Assembly (NCBI GenBank): GCA_965207885.1
Contig: OZ242311.1
Span: 448,001 to 512,000 of the forward strand
Source: Candidatus Latescibacterota bacterium
GTDB taxonomy: Bacteria; Latescibacterota; UBA2968
DNA: 64,000 nt
Direction: 5' to 3'
Position numbers and translations under genes: made by a program. Numbering within the stretch: position 1 is the stretch's first letter; the number at the start of each line of letters is the position of its first letter. Shown here piece after piece: positions 18,214-28,437 of the stretch. The notes beneath the pieces were generated by a model. It searched no databases, was not told the DNA's origin, and saw only the letters and a program-made list of their open reading frames with translations.

Positions 18214-18495
18214 ATGCGTTTTCAAGGGAAAGTTTATAAGGATGGAAATTTTTGGCTTGCGGAAATCCCAATGCTCGACGCTATGACTCAGGGATATACA
18301 AAAAAAGAAGCATATGTTATGGTCAAAGATCTGATAGAAACGCTGGTCAATCGTCCAGAATTTTCAGTCGAAGTTCATCCTGTAAAACACGGTGATCCCG
18401 CATTAAATCATTGCGGGACATGCTTTGAAGTCAGTTCCTCAGATACACGCGCAATGATTAGTCTTATGCTCCGCCGACAGCGCGAAAAGATGTGA
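18214..18495 (+). CDS. HicB-like antitoxin, apparently truncated before its HTH, with internal palindrome
   Basis: WLAEIPMLDAMTQGYTKKEAYVMVKD fits the HicB pattern; ends at LRRQREKM*; no hicA upstream. Confidence 0.7.
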   Translation: MRFQGKVYKDGNFWLAEIPMLDAMTQGYTKKEAYVMVKDLIETLVNRPEFSVEVHPVKHGDPALNHCGTCFEVSSSDTRAMISLMLRRQREKM

Positions 18496-18538
18496 TGTGC
18501 CAGACGCAGTAAGATTTGAGCGATGCACATAAATAAAG

Positions 18539-18565
18539 AAGCCGATGTCATTTAGACATCGGCTT
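18539..18565. terminator. Hairpin between convergent genes (possible bidirectional terminator)
   Basis: aagccgatgtc-attta-gacatcggctt, A-rich before and T-rich after. Confidence 0.7.
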
Positions 18566-18589
18566 TGCTGTTTTTCGTTGCAGAATATA

Positions 18590-18832
18590 CTACGATTCAG
18601 CAGAAATAGCTGTGGTGTCGTACACTTTCCTTTTTTCACGCAATGGAAGGAGATCGTTTCCCTCACATGTTATAAGGGCATAGGTGTGGCCATCTTGTGC
18701 TACAAATTCGACTTCATAGCCGTCATCAGGATGACATTCTACGACCGTGCCTATTTCGCCACGTACCAACTTGTGTTCCAGCTTATCGATTGTTAATGCC
18801 ACCACATCCAATAGGCGAATATCATTGGTCAT
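18590..18832 (-). CDS. DUF4926 domain protein
   Basis: LLDVVAL...LVRGEIGTVVE...YEVEFV...GHTYAL; start ATG 18832. Confidence 0.85.
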   Translation of the reverse strand: MTNDIRLLDVVALTIDKLEHKLVRGEIGTVVECHPDDGYEVEFVAQDGHTYALITCEGNDLLPLREKRKVYDTTAISAES

Positions 18833-18854
18833 CTTTCGCTCTTCTTCAAAATTT

Positions 18855-19100
18855 TTATGCCAGTGACGCAATAGCTTCTGGCTCAATTTCAACGCGCAGA
18901 ACATCCAGACCCAGAGACTTCACATCGGCTATTGCTGATCGAATTGCACTATCCATTGTTACCGCTTCTCGATGAAAATGAATTTGAGGAATATCGGCGA
19001 TGGTGGCAAGTGTCCCATCGTCAATAATGCCGTAGAGTTTATCCGCTTCTTCTTCAGTCGGATCGAGTGCGATAATCAGAGTGAATTTTTGAACTTTCAT
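18855..19100 (-). CDS. Small acidic hypothetical protein (putative HicB-like antitoxin)
   Basis: FTLII...FHREAVTMDSAIRSAIADV; immediately downstream of the HicA-like gene. Confidence 0.7.
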   Translation of the reverse strand: MKVQKFTLIIALDPTEEEADKLYGIIDDGTLATIADIPQIHFHREAVTMDSAIRSAIADVKSLGLDVLRVEIEPEAIASLA

Positions 19101-19114
19101 ATTTAATTTACCCT

Positions 19115-19339
19115 TTAGATATGGGGACAACGATTGACAATACGACGAACATCTCGTGCATGTGCTTCAGGATTCTTTGGGGTTGACATGATGCGAACAC
19201 GACATCCTGTTCGATCGCTATGTGGACACCAAACGGTACCCCAGATGTGGGCACGGGCACTTGCTTTAAGGAGCCGCCATCCTTTGCGTTCTGCGTATCT
19301 TATCGCTTCGCGAATATGTTTATTGGGATGAATGGGCAC
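19115..19339 (-). CDS. Small basic HicA-like protein (putative toxin)
   Basis: HPNKHIREAIRYAERKGW...AHIWG...C...C...STPKNPEAHA; GTG start. Confidence 0.7.
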   Translation of the reverse strand: MPIHPNKHIREAIRYAERKGWRLLKASARAHIWGTVWCPHSDRTGCRVRIMSTPKNPEAHARDVRRIVNRCPHI

Positions 19340-19502
19340 TCCTTAGCTCACAGATTTATACTTTTTAATTGAATGAAAAATATACCACAATCAATATGGC
19401 GGGTCAATGTGGGACTGCATTTCGTTCTTGTATTCATTCTTTGTGCCGATTATTATGTCAACGCTACTTGAATGATCACCAAAAGCTGTGGGTTTATTTT
19501 TT

Positions 19503-21887
19503 ATGAGAGTTATTCACGCCCAACCGCGCATTGCGCCATTTCCAATTCATAACAAGCGCGTTGATCGCAATCCGCCGCCTTTGCTCTGGCCCGCTGAGAG
19601 GGGTGAGGATGTGCGATATGCGGTTCGTCTGTCTCAAGATTCCGGTTTTCCAGAATGCAGTACTATCGCAGAAGAGGATTTTCCCTGGGCGATGTTCAAT
19701 CCGCATCGAGAACTTGCGTTCGGGGTATGGTATTGGCAATACGGTACGTCGATAGGTGGTGGTCCTTATCGCTGGTCTGATAGATATGATTTTGAGATTA
19801 CTGGTTCGGTTCGGTGCATGGAGACTCTGTCGGCTACTGATGTGATTGCGGCTTGTCCTAAGACGCATCCCCGTCTCTGGGTGTTGCCAGATGACATCGG
19901 TGATCTCAAAGGCCATATCAAGCAGTTCACGTCGCGTGCGGATCAGTTTCTCGATGCGCCGCTGAAAGACGATACTATGCCGCCGGATAAGGGGGAAGAC
20001 GCGTATCAGGTTTTCAAATTTCACAGGTGGGGTAGTAAAGCGCTTGCGGGTAGTATGGCTTCGGCGGTGCAATGGCTTATTCCGGCTTATTTGCTTTCGG
20101 GTGATGAATGCTATGCCCGCGAAGCGATACGCCGCGGGCTTCATGTGGCGAATTGGGATGCGGATGGGTACACCAATCCCGTTATTAGCGATTTTGCCGA
20201 TGGTTCTTGTATGCGGGTTATGGCGGGTGTTTACGATTCTTGCTTTGATCTGCTTACGGAATCCCAGCGCGCGTGCCTGCGTGCGGCAATGGTTGTGCGG
20301 GCAGAGCGTTTTTTCAAGGAGGAGACGAATAAGATTGAGACGCTGGTTTTTCGCAGCCATTTCTGGCAACATTTGCTTATCGAATTTTCCGAAGTTGCTT
20401 TTGCACTTTTGCACGCGTATCCCGATGCGGCACAGTGGGTGCGCTTTGTGTACGAGCTCTGGATTGCCCGCTTTCCCCTTATGGGAGGTGCAGATGGAGG
20501 CTGGGCAAATGGCAATTCTTATTTTGGGACGAATGTCGAGACGCTGCTCGTTCTCCCTTCGCGCATTGGAGAACTCAGCGGTGTCGATCTTTTTCAGGAT
20601 GCATGGTATAAAAATAGTGCCAGTTTTTTGCTTTATACATGGCCGCCCCATTCGCGATCGGATGGATTTGGCGATGGTACGGAACTGAAGGCGCATCCGA
20701 CGAGTAATCATCTCGATTTTGTAGAGGATATGGCTGTTCGGTTTGACGATCCTTATGCAGCGTGGTATGTGCAGCAGTGGCGGGAAGAGGCAGAAGAGGA
20801 GGGTAATCCATTACTCATCTGGCACAAGCTCAAAGATCAAAAGGCAAGACCGCGCCCGCGTTCGCCCAGATCATTGCCGCAGGGCAGGTGTTTTGCCGAT
20901 GTTGGTATTGTGTCGCTGCATACGGATCTCGCAAATACCCGACGAGATCTCATGGTGGGCATGCGGTCCAGTCCCTATGGCTCGCTTCTCCATTCTCACG
21001 AGTGTCAGAATGGGTTCAATATTTTTTATGGGGGGGAGCCTCTTTTCAGGAATTCGGGGTATTACACGTCTGCGGGTGACGATCATTCAAAGCAATGGTA
21101 TAGAGCTACGCGCGGACACAATTCGGTTCTCATAGATGGCAAGGGTCAGCCCCGGGGTGCTGAGAGTTATGGTGTAATTTCCAGGTTTCTCAATGGTGAA
21201 CACATGGCTTACGCGCTCGGGGATGCGTCCCATGCGTATGGGGATGCGGGTCTCGGGCGTTTTCGCCGGCATCTGGTGCTTTTGAGGCCAGATGTTCTGG
21301 TGATTTACGATGATCTGGAAGCCGATCACGACGCTTGCTGGCAATGGCTCGTCCACGGGGACCGGGAAATTACTGCTGATGTTTGTCACCAGCGGTTGTA
21401 CACGCAGACTCGTGTTGCGCGCGGTCAGGTGAATATTTTTGGGTCGCAAAAATTGCATATTGATATCGATACGGTTTTTGATCCGCCCGCGGTCAACTGG
21501 GGGGGTAATAAGACTTTTCTGGGAAAAAATATGGCGGTTTTTCCCGATCAGTGGCACGTTACAGTCTCGCCTGAGAGGGCGTGCAATATTATGCGTTTTC
21601 TCGCTGTTTTTCAGGTGCGTGACCGGGAGGATGACGCGCGGTTTCAAGACCCTGTTCAGAGAGATGGGTGGATTTGTTTGGGCGATTGGATTATTCGGGG
21701 GGAGTTAAATCCCGATCGTGGTCCCGCGCTCGAGATTCGCCATGAGGACAGGGGTATCGCTCTCGGTGTGGATGTCCCATTGCTTGCGGTAGGCGAGAGA
21801 CGGTATCGCGGGTCCGATGCCACGGTGCTTGTTGAACCATCAGGTGTTCAAAGGACGACGGATTCCTTGCCCCAGGCGGCGAGATGA
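19503..21887 (+). CDS. DUF4962 / heparinase II/III-like polysaccharide lyase
   Basis: NPPPLLWP, HPRLW, DGGW, FGDG, SPYGSLLHSHECQNGF, HNSVLIDGKGQ and FRRH. Confidence 0.85.
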   Translation: MRVIHAQPRIAPFPIHNKRVDRNPPPLLWPAERGEDVRYAVRLSQDSGFPECSTIAEEDFPWAMFNPHRELAFGVWYWQYGTSIGGGPYRWSDRYDFEITGSVRCMETLSATDVIAACPKTHPRLWVLPDDIGDLKGHIKQFTSRADQFLDAPLKDDTMPPDKGEDAYQVFKFHRWGSKALAGSMASAVQWLIPAYLLSGDECYAREAIRRGLHVANWDADGYTNPVISDFADGSCMRVMAGVYDSCFDLLTESQRACLRAAMVVRAERFFKEETNKIETLVFRSHFWQHLLIEFSEVAFALLHAYPDAAQWVRFVYELWIARFPLMGGADGGWANGNSYFGTNVETLLVLPSRIGELSGVDLFQDAWYKNSASFLLYTWPPHSRSDGFGDGTELKAHPTSNHLDFVEDMAVRFDDPYAAWYVQQWREEAEEEGNPLLIWHKLKDQKARPRPRSPRSLPQGRCFADVGIVSLHTDLANTRRDLMVGMRSSPYGSLLHSHECQNGFNIFYGGEPLFRNSGYYTSAGDDHSKQWYRATRGHNSVLIDGKGQPRGAESYGVISRFLNGEHMAYALGDASHAYGDAGLGRFRRHLVLLRPDVLVIYDDLEADHDACWQWLVHGDREITADVCHQRLYTQTRVARGQVNIFGSQKLHIDIDTVFDPPAVNWGGNKTFLGKNMAVFPDQWHVTVSPERACNIMRFLAVFQVRDREDDARFQDPVQRDGWICLGDWIIRGELNPDRGPALEIRHEDRGIALGVDVPLLAVGERRYRGSDATVLVEPSGVQRTTDSLPQAAR

Positions 21888-23353
21888 ATCACAGGAGAAA
21901 AATGATGAAGGTGCTGTTCATTGGTTTTTACATGTTGGCTCTGTTTGCCAATAGCTATGGTAGCGGTCCCTATCAGGCTACGGGGATTAAAATTTGCGAG
22001 GTGGATCAGACCAGTGCGATTGTCTGGGCGCGTTTGAGCAAGGATCCCCAGCGGATAGATAAAAGCCATCCCAGGCCCACTGTGCGCTATCGAAATCCCG
22101 AGACGGGCGAATTGGAACGGCGCCAGGGCCGACGCACTATGAAACCCGTTGTTCTGTTTCCCGATGGTTCCGATATCTATACGATTGAGGGGGCGGTTCC
22201 CGGTACGTTGGGGGATGTGCGCGTGCGGTATGCTGTTGAAATGTCCGATGACTGGAAGAGTACGCCTTGGCGTGCTGTGGATCCCAATCGCGATTTTACG
22301 CGGCAGATCAAGCTGACGGATCTAAAGCCGGGTACGCGGTATCAAATCGAGGTGCAGTCTCGCGCTGAGACAGATGGACAAATGGTCTCTGGGCGTTTTC
22401 GCACGGCACCTTCTGTAGATCAATCCGCCCGTGTTGTTTTTCACGTTTCTACTTGTCAGGCTTATGGCGATCAAGACGCACCTGAGGGGGGCTATCGCAT
22501 TTACGCGAGTATATTAAAGCGCGATCCCGATTTTTTTGTGCATGCAGGGGATATTGTCTATTACGACAGCCGGGCAAAGAATCTGTCTCTGGCGCGGTGG
22601 CACTGGGCGCGGATGTACAGCCTGCCTACCAATGTCGCATTTCACCGGGAGGTTGCCAGTTATTTTATTAAAGATGATCACGATACATGGATGAACGATT
22701 GTTGGCCGGGTCAACAGACGGTATTTATGGGTGAATTTACTTTTGAGCAGGGTCTGGCTGTTTTTCGGGAGCAGGTTGGGATGGGTGCTCGCACGTATCG
22801 AACGGTGCGCTGGGGTAAAGATTTGCAGATCTGGATGGTTGAAGGCCGCGATTTTCGGAGTCCAAATACGATGGCAGATGGTCCTGAAAAGACGATCTGG
22901 GGAAAGGAGCAAAAGGCCTGGTTTAAAGATACTGTGCGGGCTTCCGATGCCACGTTCCGCATTCTCATCAGTCCCACGCCAGTGGTTGGTCCTGACCGCT
23001 CGGGGAAGAAGGACAACCACGCCAACAAGGTGTTTTCTCATGAGGGGGATGAATTGCGCCAGTTTATCGCGGGACAAAAGAATATGGTCGTTGTTTGCGG
23101 TGACCGGCACTGGCAATACGTCTCTGTTGATGAGAAAACAGGTGTGCGAGAGTATTCCTGTGGTCCTGCCAGCGATGAACACGCCGGTGGATGGTCTAAT
23201 GATAAGCGGCTGCCCGAGCACCGCTATCTCAATGTTATTGGTGGTTTTCTGGAGGGTGTGGTGGATCGCGAGAACAATATTCCCGTTCTCATTTTCCGCC
23301 ATTTTGGGGTGGATGGCAATTTGCTCAATGAAGACCGCCTCGTGGCTCAATAA
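21884..23353 (+). CDS. Alkaline phosphatase D family protein
   Basis: GDIVYYD, KDDHD, GRDFRS and CGDRHWQY; signal peptide. Confidence 0.9.
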   Translation: MNHRRKMMKVLFIGFYMLALFANSYGSGPYQATGIKICEVDQTSAIVWARLSKDPQRIDKSHPRPTVRYRNPETGELERRQGRRTMKPVVLFPDGSDIYTIEGAVPGTLGDVRVRYAVEMSDDWKSTPWRAVDPNRDFTRQIKLTDLKPGTRYQIEVQSRAETDGQMVSGRFRTAPSVDQSARVVFHVSTCQAYGDQDAPEGGYRIYASILKRDPDFFVHAGDIVYYDSRAKNLSLARWHWARMYSLPTNVAFHREVASYFIKDDHDTWMNDCWPGQQTVFMGEFTFEQGLAVFREQVGMGARTYRTVRWGKDLQIWMVEGRDFRSPNTMADGPEKTIWGKEQKAWFKDTVRASDATFRILISPTPVVGPDRSGKKDNHANKVFSHEGDELRQFIAGQKNMVVVCGDRHWQYVSVDEKTGVREYSCGPASDEHAGGWSNDKRLPEHRYLNVIGGFLEGVVDRENNIPVLIFRHFGVDGNLLNEDRLVAQ

Positions 23354-23361
23354 TAGTGCTT

Positions 23362-24666
23362 ATGAAACCCAATATTCTCTTTATACACGTCGATCAAATG
23401 CACGCCGATGCGATCTCTGCGCTCGGCTGCGAATACGTACACACACCTGCTATTGACGAGCTCGTGCGCGAAGGCTATACCTTTATCAATGCCTATTGCG
23501 CCATGCCCCAGTGCTGTCCTTCGCGGGCGTGTTGGTACACGGGGCGCATGTCCAAAGAACACGGCGTTGTCGTCAATTCCTATCCTATGGATCCCAATAT
23601 TCCAGACCTGGGCCAGTGGCTGCGCCGCGAAAATTACGAGTGTGTGTACACGGGCAAATGGCACGTCACGGGACGCGATTTGCACGCGAGCTTTGATGTG
23701 TTGCAACCCCAGCACGGCATGGGCGAACTCAACGACGGCAATGTCGCCCGATCAGCCGTTGCCTATCTGAAAAATCGCGCGTCTGATAAACCCTTCTTTT
23801 TGAGCGTTGGATTTCTCAACCCGCACGATTGCTGCTTTCCCGCGATGTCCCACGGCGGCCCGGGCAAATACGGTTTTGCATCGAAAATTGAGGGCGATCT
23901 CCCGCCTCTTCCGGGCAATTTTGACGACGAATACGCCCGGCGCGGTCGGCCCAGTACTCGCCAGTGGTCGCGCCGCGATTGGCAGTATTACATCTATCAG
24001 TATTACCGCATGGTCGAGATGGTTGACGCCGAAGTTGGTCGCGTTATGCACGCCCTTCGCGCATCGCCTTATGCTGACAACACCCTCGTCATCTTTGCCT
24101 CTGACCACGGCGATGGCCTCGGCTTTCACAGCAATACCAGCAAGGGTTTTCTCGAGGAAGAAGCGTTTCGCGTTCCCACCATTGCGTGGTGGCCCGGGCG
24201 TATTCCCGAAGGCGTGCGGGATGCCGAGCACCTCATCTCTGGCGTCGATATTCCCGCTACGATATGCGACTATGCCGGCGCACCGCCCTTGCCCAAGACC
24301 ACTGTTGCGCGTTCATGGCGTCCCATTTTTGAACGGCGCGATGTCCCGTGGCGCACCTATGTCATCGGCGAAACTTCTATTGGTCGGCTATCGGTTGCCG
24401 TGCGCGATGCGCGCTATAAAAGCATTATTGAACGGGATAACACGCGCCTCTACGACCTTCAAAACGATCCGCTCGAAACGCAAGACCTCGCCGATGAAGC
24501 GCACTGTACAGATATTGTCGCGCGCCATCGGGCACATTTTCGCGAGTACATATCCCAAATTGAAATGTATCCCGAACCAGAAGAAATTGATCTCGACAGG
24601 CTGAAGCGCGGCAATGTCTATCGCGACTATATCGACTGGTATCTTTCCGTTCTCAACGAGGCCTGA
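23362..24666 (+). CDS. Sulfatase (Cys-type)
   Basis: KPNILFIHVDQ, CCPSR, GKWH, NPHD and SDHGD. Confidence 0.93.
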   Translation: MKPNILFIHVDQMHADAISALGCEYVHTPAIDELVREGYTFINAYCAMPQCCPSRACWYTGRMSKEHGVVVNSYPMDPNIPDLGQWLRRENYECVYTGKWHVTGRDLHASFDVLQPQHGMGELNDGNVARSAVAYLKNRASDKPFFLSVGFLNPHDCCFPAMSHGGPGKYGFASKIEGDLPPLPGNFDDEYARRGRPSTRQWSRRDWQYYIYQYYRMVEMVDAEVGRVMHALRASPYADNTLVIFASDHGDGLGFHSNTSKGFLEEEAFRVPTIAWWPGRIPEGVRDAEHLISGVDIPATICDYAGAPPLPKTTVARSWRPIFERRDVPWRTYVIGETSIGRLSVAVRDARYKSIIERDNTRLYDLQNDPLETQDLADEAHCTDIVARHRAHFREYISQIEMYPEPEEIDLDRLKRGNVYRDYIDWYLSVLNEA

Positions 24667-24670
24667 TCCC

Positions 24671-25375
24671 ATGGCGATTGACACTATTGGTCCCTATGCC
24701 GTTCAACCCATCCGCGATTTTCTCTCGGGTTTCACGCCGGTCCAGAAGTCTGTCGTGGATGCCGATTGCGCCACGCTTACTTACGATATTCTCAACTGGT
24801 CCTTTGCGCCCGCGCAACCGCCGCCTTGTCCCAACAGCGTGTATGGTTCGCTGACTATTGGGCGCGAACATGGCGGCGCGTATCGCATCCGCCAGCAGAC
24901 CCACATTGCCGGCGAACCGACTATTTTTGAGGCGGATGTGATCTGCAACTCCGACGATACCCTCAAATCCTGGACGCTGTACACTTATCGCGCCGATGCC
25001 GAGGGCGAGCCGGTTCCGATTTCTGAACTGCGCGAAAGCTGGGAAAATAACAATGGTCATATCCAGTCGCGAGATGGTGCATATAAATACCGCGCGACGC
25101 GTCCGGTTTTCAGCCATTGGACACTCCCCCACATTTTGCTATGTGGAGGGCACTCCTTGCCAATGGAATTTGATCTGATTCAAGATCTGTCCCTTTTGCG
25201 CCCCAATCACAAGCTCGTTTCCGACGGGTCAGTTGAACTCTCTGTCGGCGCTTACGAAACTTTTGTTCAATCTGGCGAAGGCATCTTGCCCGTTCACTAT
25301 TTGCTGGATAAAGACCGCCGCCCACAGCTCATTACTTTCGGTCTCATTGCCTGGGCACTCACCGATATTTCATGA
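24671..25375 (+). CDS. Hypothetical protein
   Basis: 234-aa ORF tightly packed between the sulfatase and coaD; no recognisable motif. Confidence 0.7.
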   Translation: MAIDTIGPYAVQPIRDFLSGFTPVQKSVVDADCATLTYDILNWSFAPAQPPPCPNSVYGSLTIGREHGGAYRIRQQTHIAGEPTIFEADVICNSDDTLKSWTLYTYRADAEGEPVPISELRESWENNNGHIQSRDGAYKYRATRPVFSHWTLPHILLCGGHSLPMEFDLIQDLSLLRPNHKLVSDGSVELSVGAYETFVQSGEGILPVHYLLDKDRRPQLITFGLIAWALTDIS

Positions 25376-25875
25376 GGAAAACGATGAAAAAAGCCGTTTA
25401 TGCCGCCAGCTTTGATCCCGTTACCCACGGCCATCTGTGGGTTATTCAGGAGGCTGCAGAGCTTTTCGATCAGCTCGTTGTCGCTATTGGGATCAATCCG
25501 GATAAAGACTATACGTTTTCACTGGAGGATCGGCTCGGTCTGCTTTATGAAACCACGTCGCAGTTCGATAATGTCGCGGTGGCCAGTTACGAAAATCAAT
25601 TCCTGGTCAATTACGCACGCGGTATTGGCGCAGGTTATATTGTGCGGGGTATTCGCACGCAGAGCGACTATGAGTTTGAACGCAGGATGCGCTATATTAA
25701 CAGCGATCTGGACGATACGATTACGACTATTTTTTTGATGCCCCCGCGAGAGATTGCCGAGATTAGTTCCAGTTTTATCAAAGGGCTGGTGGGTCCCGAT
25801 GGCTGGCAAGATGTTGTGAGACGCTATGTTCCGGAACCCGTTTTTGAGAAATTTGTGGAGTATTTTGAGGGGTGA
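25372..25875 (+). CDS. coaD: Pantetheine-phosphate adenylyltransferase
   Basis: SFDPVTHGH, IVRGIR...DYEFE and ISSS..K motifs. Confidence 0.93.
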   Translation: MRKTMKKAVYAASFDPVTHGHLWVIQEAAELFDQLVVAIGINPDKDYTFSLEDRLGLLYETTSQFDNVAVASYENQFLVNYARGIGAGYIVRGIRTQSDYEFERRMRYINSDLDDTITTIFLMPPREIAEISSSFIKGLVGPDGWQDVVRRYVPEPVFEKFVEYFEG

Positions 25876-25882
25876 AAAGAAA

Positions 25883-28285
25883 TCAATTCACACTGAACAC
25901 CTCAGCCATTGGCTTGCGGGGACGTTTCATGAGGGCGGTTTCCAGTACCTGATCCATGTGCGATGCAAATACCAGTCTTATGTCTTTGCGCGCTGTGTCG
26001 GGTATTTCGCGTGCGTCTTTGCGGTTGTCTTCGGGTAAGATTACGGTTTTTACACCTGCGCGGTGTGCTGATAGGACTTTATCGCGTACGCCGCCGATGG
26101 GCAGTACTTTGCCGCGCAGTGTAATTTCGCCTGTCATTGCCACGTCTTTGCGGATGGGCCGATTGGTAAATACCGATGCGAGGACTGTGGCCATGGTAAT
26201 GCCTGCCGAGGGGCCGTCTTTGGGTACGGCACCTGCGGGTACGTGGACGTGTACATCCTGGTTTTTGTTAAACTGCGCGTTTAGCTCCAGTTCATGCCAG
26301 CGTGACCGCACATAGGTCATGGCTGCATGCGCGGATTCCTTCATTACGTCGCCGACCTGTCCGGTCAGATTTAACTCGCCTTTACCGGGTATGACTGTTG
26401 CTTCGACAAAGAGGACATCACCACCGGTAGATGTTACGGCCAGGCCAGCGGCGACGCCCACCTCGTGATCTTCTTCGGCTACTTCGTGGCGGAATTTTTG
26501 CGGTCCCAGATATTCGACGATGTTTTTTTGATGGATGTGTACGCGCCGTTTGCGGCCCTGGGCAAATTTGCGGGCTACTTTGCGCGCTACGGTTGCGATT
26601 TCGCGCTCCAGATTTCGCACCCCGGCCTCGCGGGTGTAGTGCTGGATGACTTCTTGCAGGGCGGCTTTGTCGAAGGATGCTTTTTGGGGGGTCAATCCGT
26701 GTTCTGAGATCTGGCGTTTGACCAGGTACCGGCGCGCAATTTCCATTTTTTCGGCTTCGGTATATCCCGATACTTCCAGTACTTCCATCCGGTCCATCAG
26801 TGCGGGTGGAATTGTGTGGAGTGAGTTGGCAGTGGCGAGGAATAAGACTTCTGAGAGGTCAAAGGCGACGTCGAGGTAGTGATCCACAAAGGTGTTGTTT
26901 TGTGCCGGGTCCAGGACCTCCAGCAGTGCTGCGGAGGGGTCGCCGCGAAAATCCGCGCCGAGTTTGTCGATTTCATCCAGCATAAATACGGGGTTTTTTG
27001 TGCCTGCGCGTCGCAGTCCCTGGATGATGCGTCCGGGCAGTGCGCCGATGTAGGTGCGGCGGTGCCCTCGAATTTCCGATTCGTCGCGGATGCCGCCCAA
27101 TGACATTCTGACAAATTCGCGGTTGAGTGCGCGTGCGACGGATTTGCCCAGTGATGTTTTTCCCGTGCCCGGGGGTCCGACCAGTAACAAGATAGGCCCT
27201 CGCATGTCGTCTTTTAATTGGCGGACGGAGAGGTACTCCAGGATGCGTTCTTTGGGTTTTTCCAATCCATAGTGGTCTGCGTTTAAGATGCGCTCGGCTT
27301 TTTTGATGTCTAATTGATCGCTTGTCTTTTTGTTCCAGGGGAGTTCGACGAGCCAGTCCAGATAGGTGCGCGATACGGTGTATTCGGCGGAGGCTTCGGG
27401 CATGCGTGCCATGCGTTTTAGTTCGCGCTCGGCTTCTGTTTTTGCTTCTGCGGACATGCCAGCGGCTTTGATCTTTTCGCGCAGTTCTTCGATTTCGGCG
27501 CCGATGTCCTCTCCTTCGCCCAGTTCATCTTGAATTGCCCGCAGTTGCTGGCGCAAAAAGTATTCTTTTTGTGCATCTTCCATGGATCCCGCAGCTTCTG
27601 AACTGATTTTTTCCCGCAGTTCCAGTATTTCAACTTCGCGATTTAGAAATTGATTGATGGCTTCCAATCGTCGGTACAGATTGCGCTCGGTTAGTATTTT
27701 TTGTTGGTCTTCAAATCCCACGTTGAGTTGTGAGGCGATGAAGTCTGCCTTGTGGGTTATTTCTGAGAGGGCGTCTAAGGCTTCCCCGACTTCTCGAGGT
27801 ACATTGGGGGCGAGTGCTACTGCTTTTTTGAACTGGCCGAATATATTGCGCGCGAGCGCTTCCAATTCTGTGTTGTGTTCTATGTCTGATGCTATTTTTT
27901 CGACTTGCGCTATGGGATGAGGTTGCGATTGCAATACATCTATGAGCGATAGTCGCGCCATGCCCTGTACGAGTACTTGCATGCGGCCGTCGGGCATTTC
28001 CGCTGATCGCGCAATGTAGATTGCCGTGCCTACGGGATATAGAGACTCCCGGCGGATGTCTTCTTCGGTATCGCTTTCTTCCAGTTCTCCAAAGATGGCG
28101 AGTACCTTGTGCCCGGCGTCTATTGCCGCTTGCGCGGCTTTGACTGCGCGTTCGTCTTCCAATAGCAAGGGGGCGGCCATGAGGGGATAGATCACCACTT
28201 CAGATGTTACCAGCATGGGCAATTCAGATGGGATGCTATACGCTTCGATTGCGTTTACGCTTGTGAGAGGGTTGTCGTTTGACAT
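25883..28285 (-). CDS. lon: ATP-dependent protease La
   Basis: Lon N-domain, GPPGTGKTS, GHRRTYIG, LDEIDK, catalytic PKDGPSAG and GGVRDK. Confidence 0.97.
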   Translation of the reverse strand: MSNDNPLTSVNAIEAYSIPSELPMLVTSEVVIYPLMAAPLLLEDERAVKAAQAAIDAGHKVLAIFGELEESDTEEDIRRESLYPVGTAIYIARSAEMPDGRMQVLVQGMARLSLIDVLQSQPHPIAQVEKIASDIEHNTELEALARNIFGQFKKAVALAPNVPREVGEALDALSEITHKADFIASQLNVGFEDQQKILTERNLYRRLEAINQFLNREVEILELREKISSEAAGSMEDAQKEYFLRQQLRAIQDELGEGEDIGAEIEELREKIKAAGMSAEAKTEAERELKRMARMPEASAEYTVSRTYLDWLVELPWNKKTSDQLDIKKAERILNADHYGLEKPKERILEYLSVRQLKDDMRGPILLLVGPPGTGKTSLGKSVARALNREFVRMSLGGIRDESEIRGHRRTYIGALPGRIIQGLRRAGTKNPVFMLDEIDKLGADFRGDPSAALLEVLDPAQNNTFVDHYLDVAFDLSEVLFLATANSLHTIPPALMDRMEVLEVSGYTEAEKMEIARRYLVKRQISEHGLTPQKASFDKAALQEVIQHYTREAGVRNLEREIATVARKVARKFAQGRKRRVHIHQKNIVEYLGPQKFRHEVAEEDHEVGVAAGLAVTSTGGDVLFVEATVIPGKGELNLTGQVGDVMKESAHAAMTYVRSRWHELELNAQFNKNQDVHVHVPAGAVPKDGPSAGITMATVLASVFTNRPIRKDVAMTGEITLRGKVLPIGGVRDKVLSAHRAGVKTVILPEDNRKDAREIPDTARKDIRLVFASHMDQVLETALMKRPRKPMAEVFSVN

Positions 28286-28421
28286 GATCAGATGCTCCTT
28301 GGAATGATTAGATATCAGCCATCAGCTATCAGCAAATCAGGTGCTGTACTTGAAAGCCGCGATCCAGAAGGTTTTTTCTGACTGATGACCGCTTTGGTAT
28401 ATCAAACTTTACTATTTTTTA

Positions 28422-28437
28422 AGCAATATCCGTGCCT
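28422..28437 (-). promoter_or_regulatory. Sigma54 -24/-12 promoter upstream of lon
   Basis: Minus strand AGGCACGGATATTGCT, exact GG-N10-GC spacing. Confidence 0.7.
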
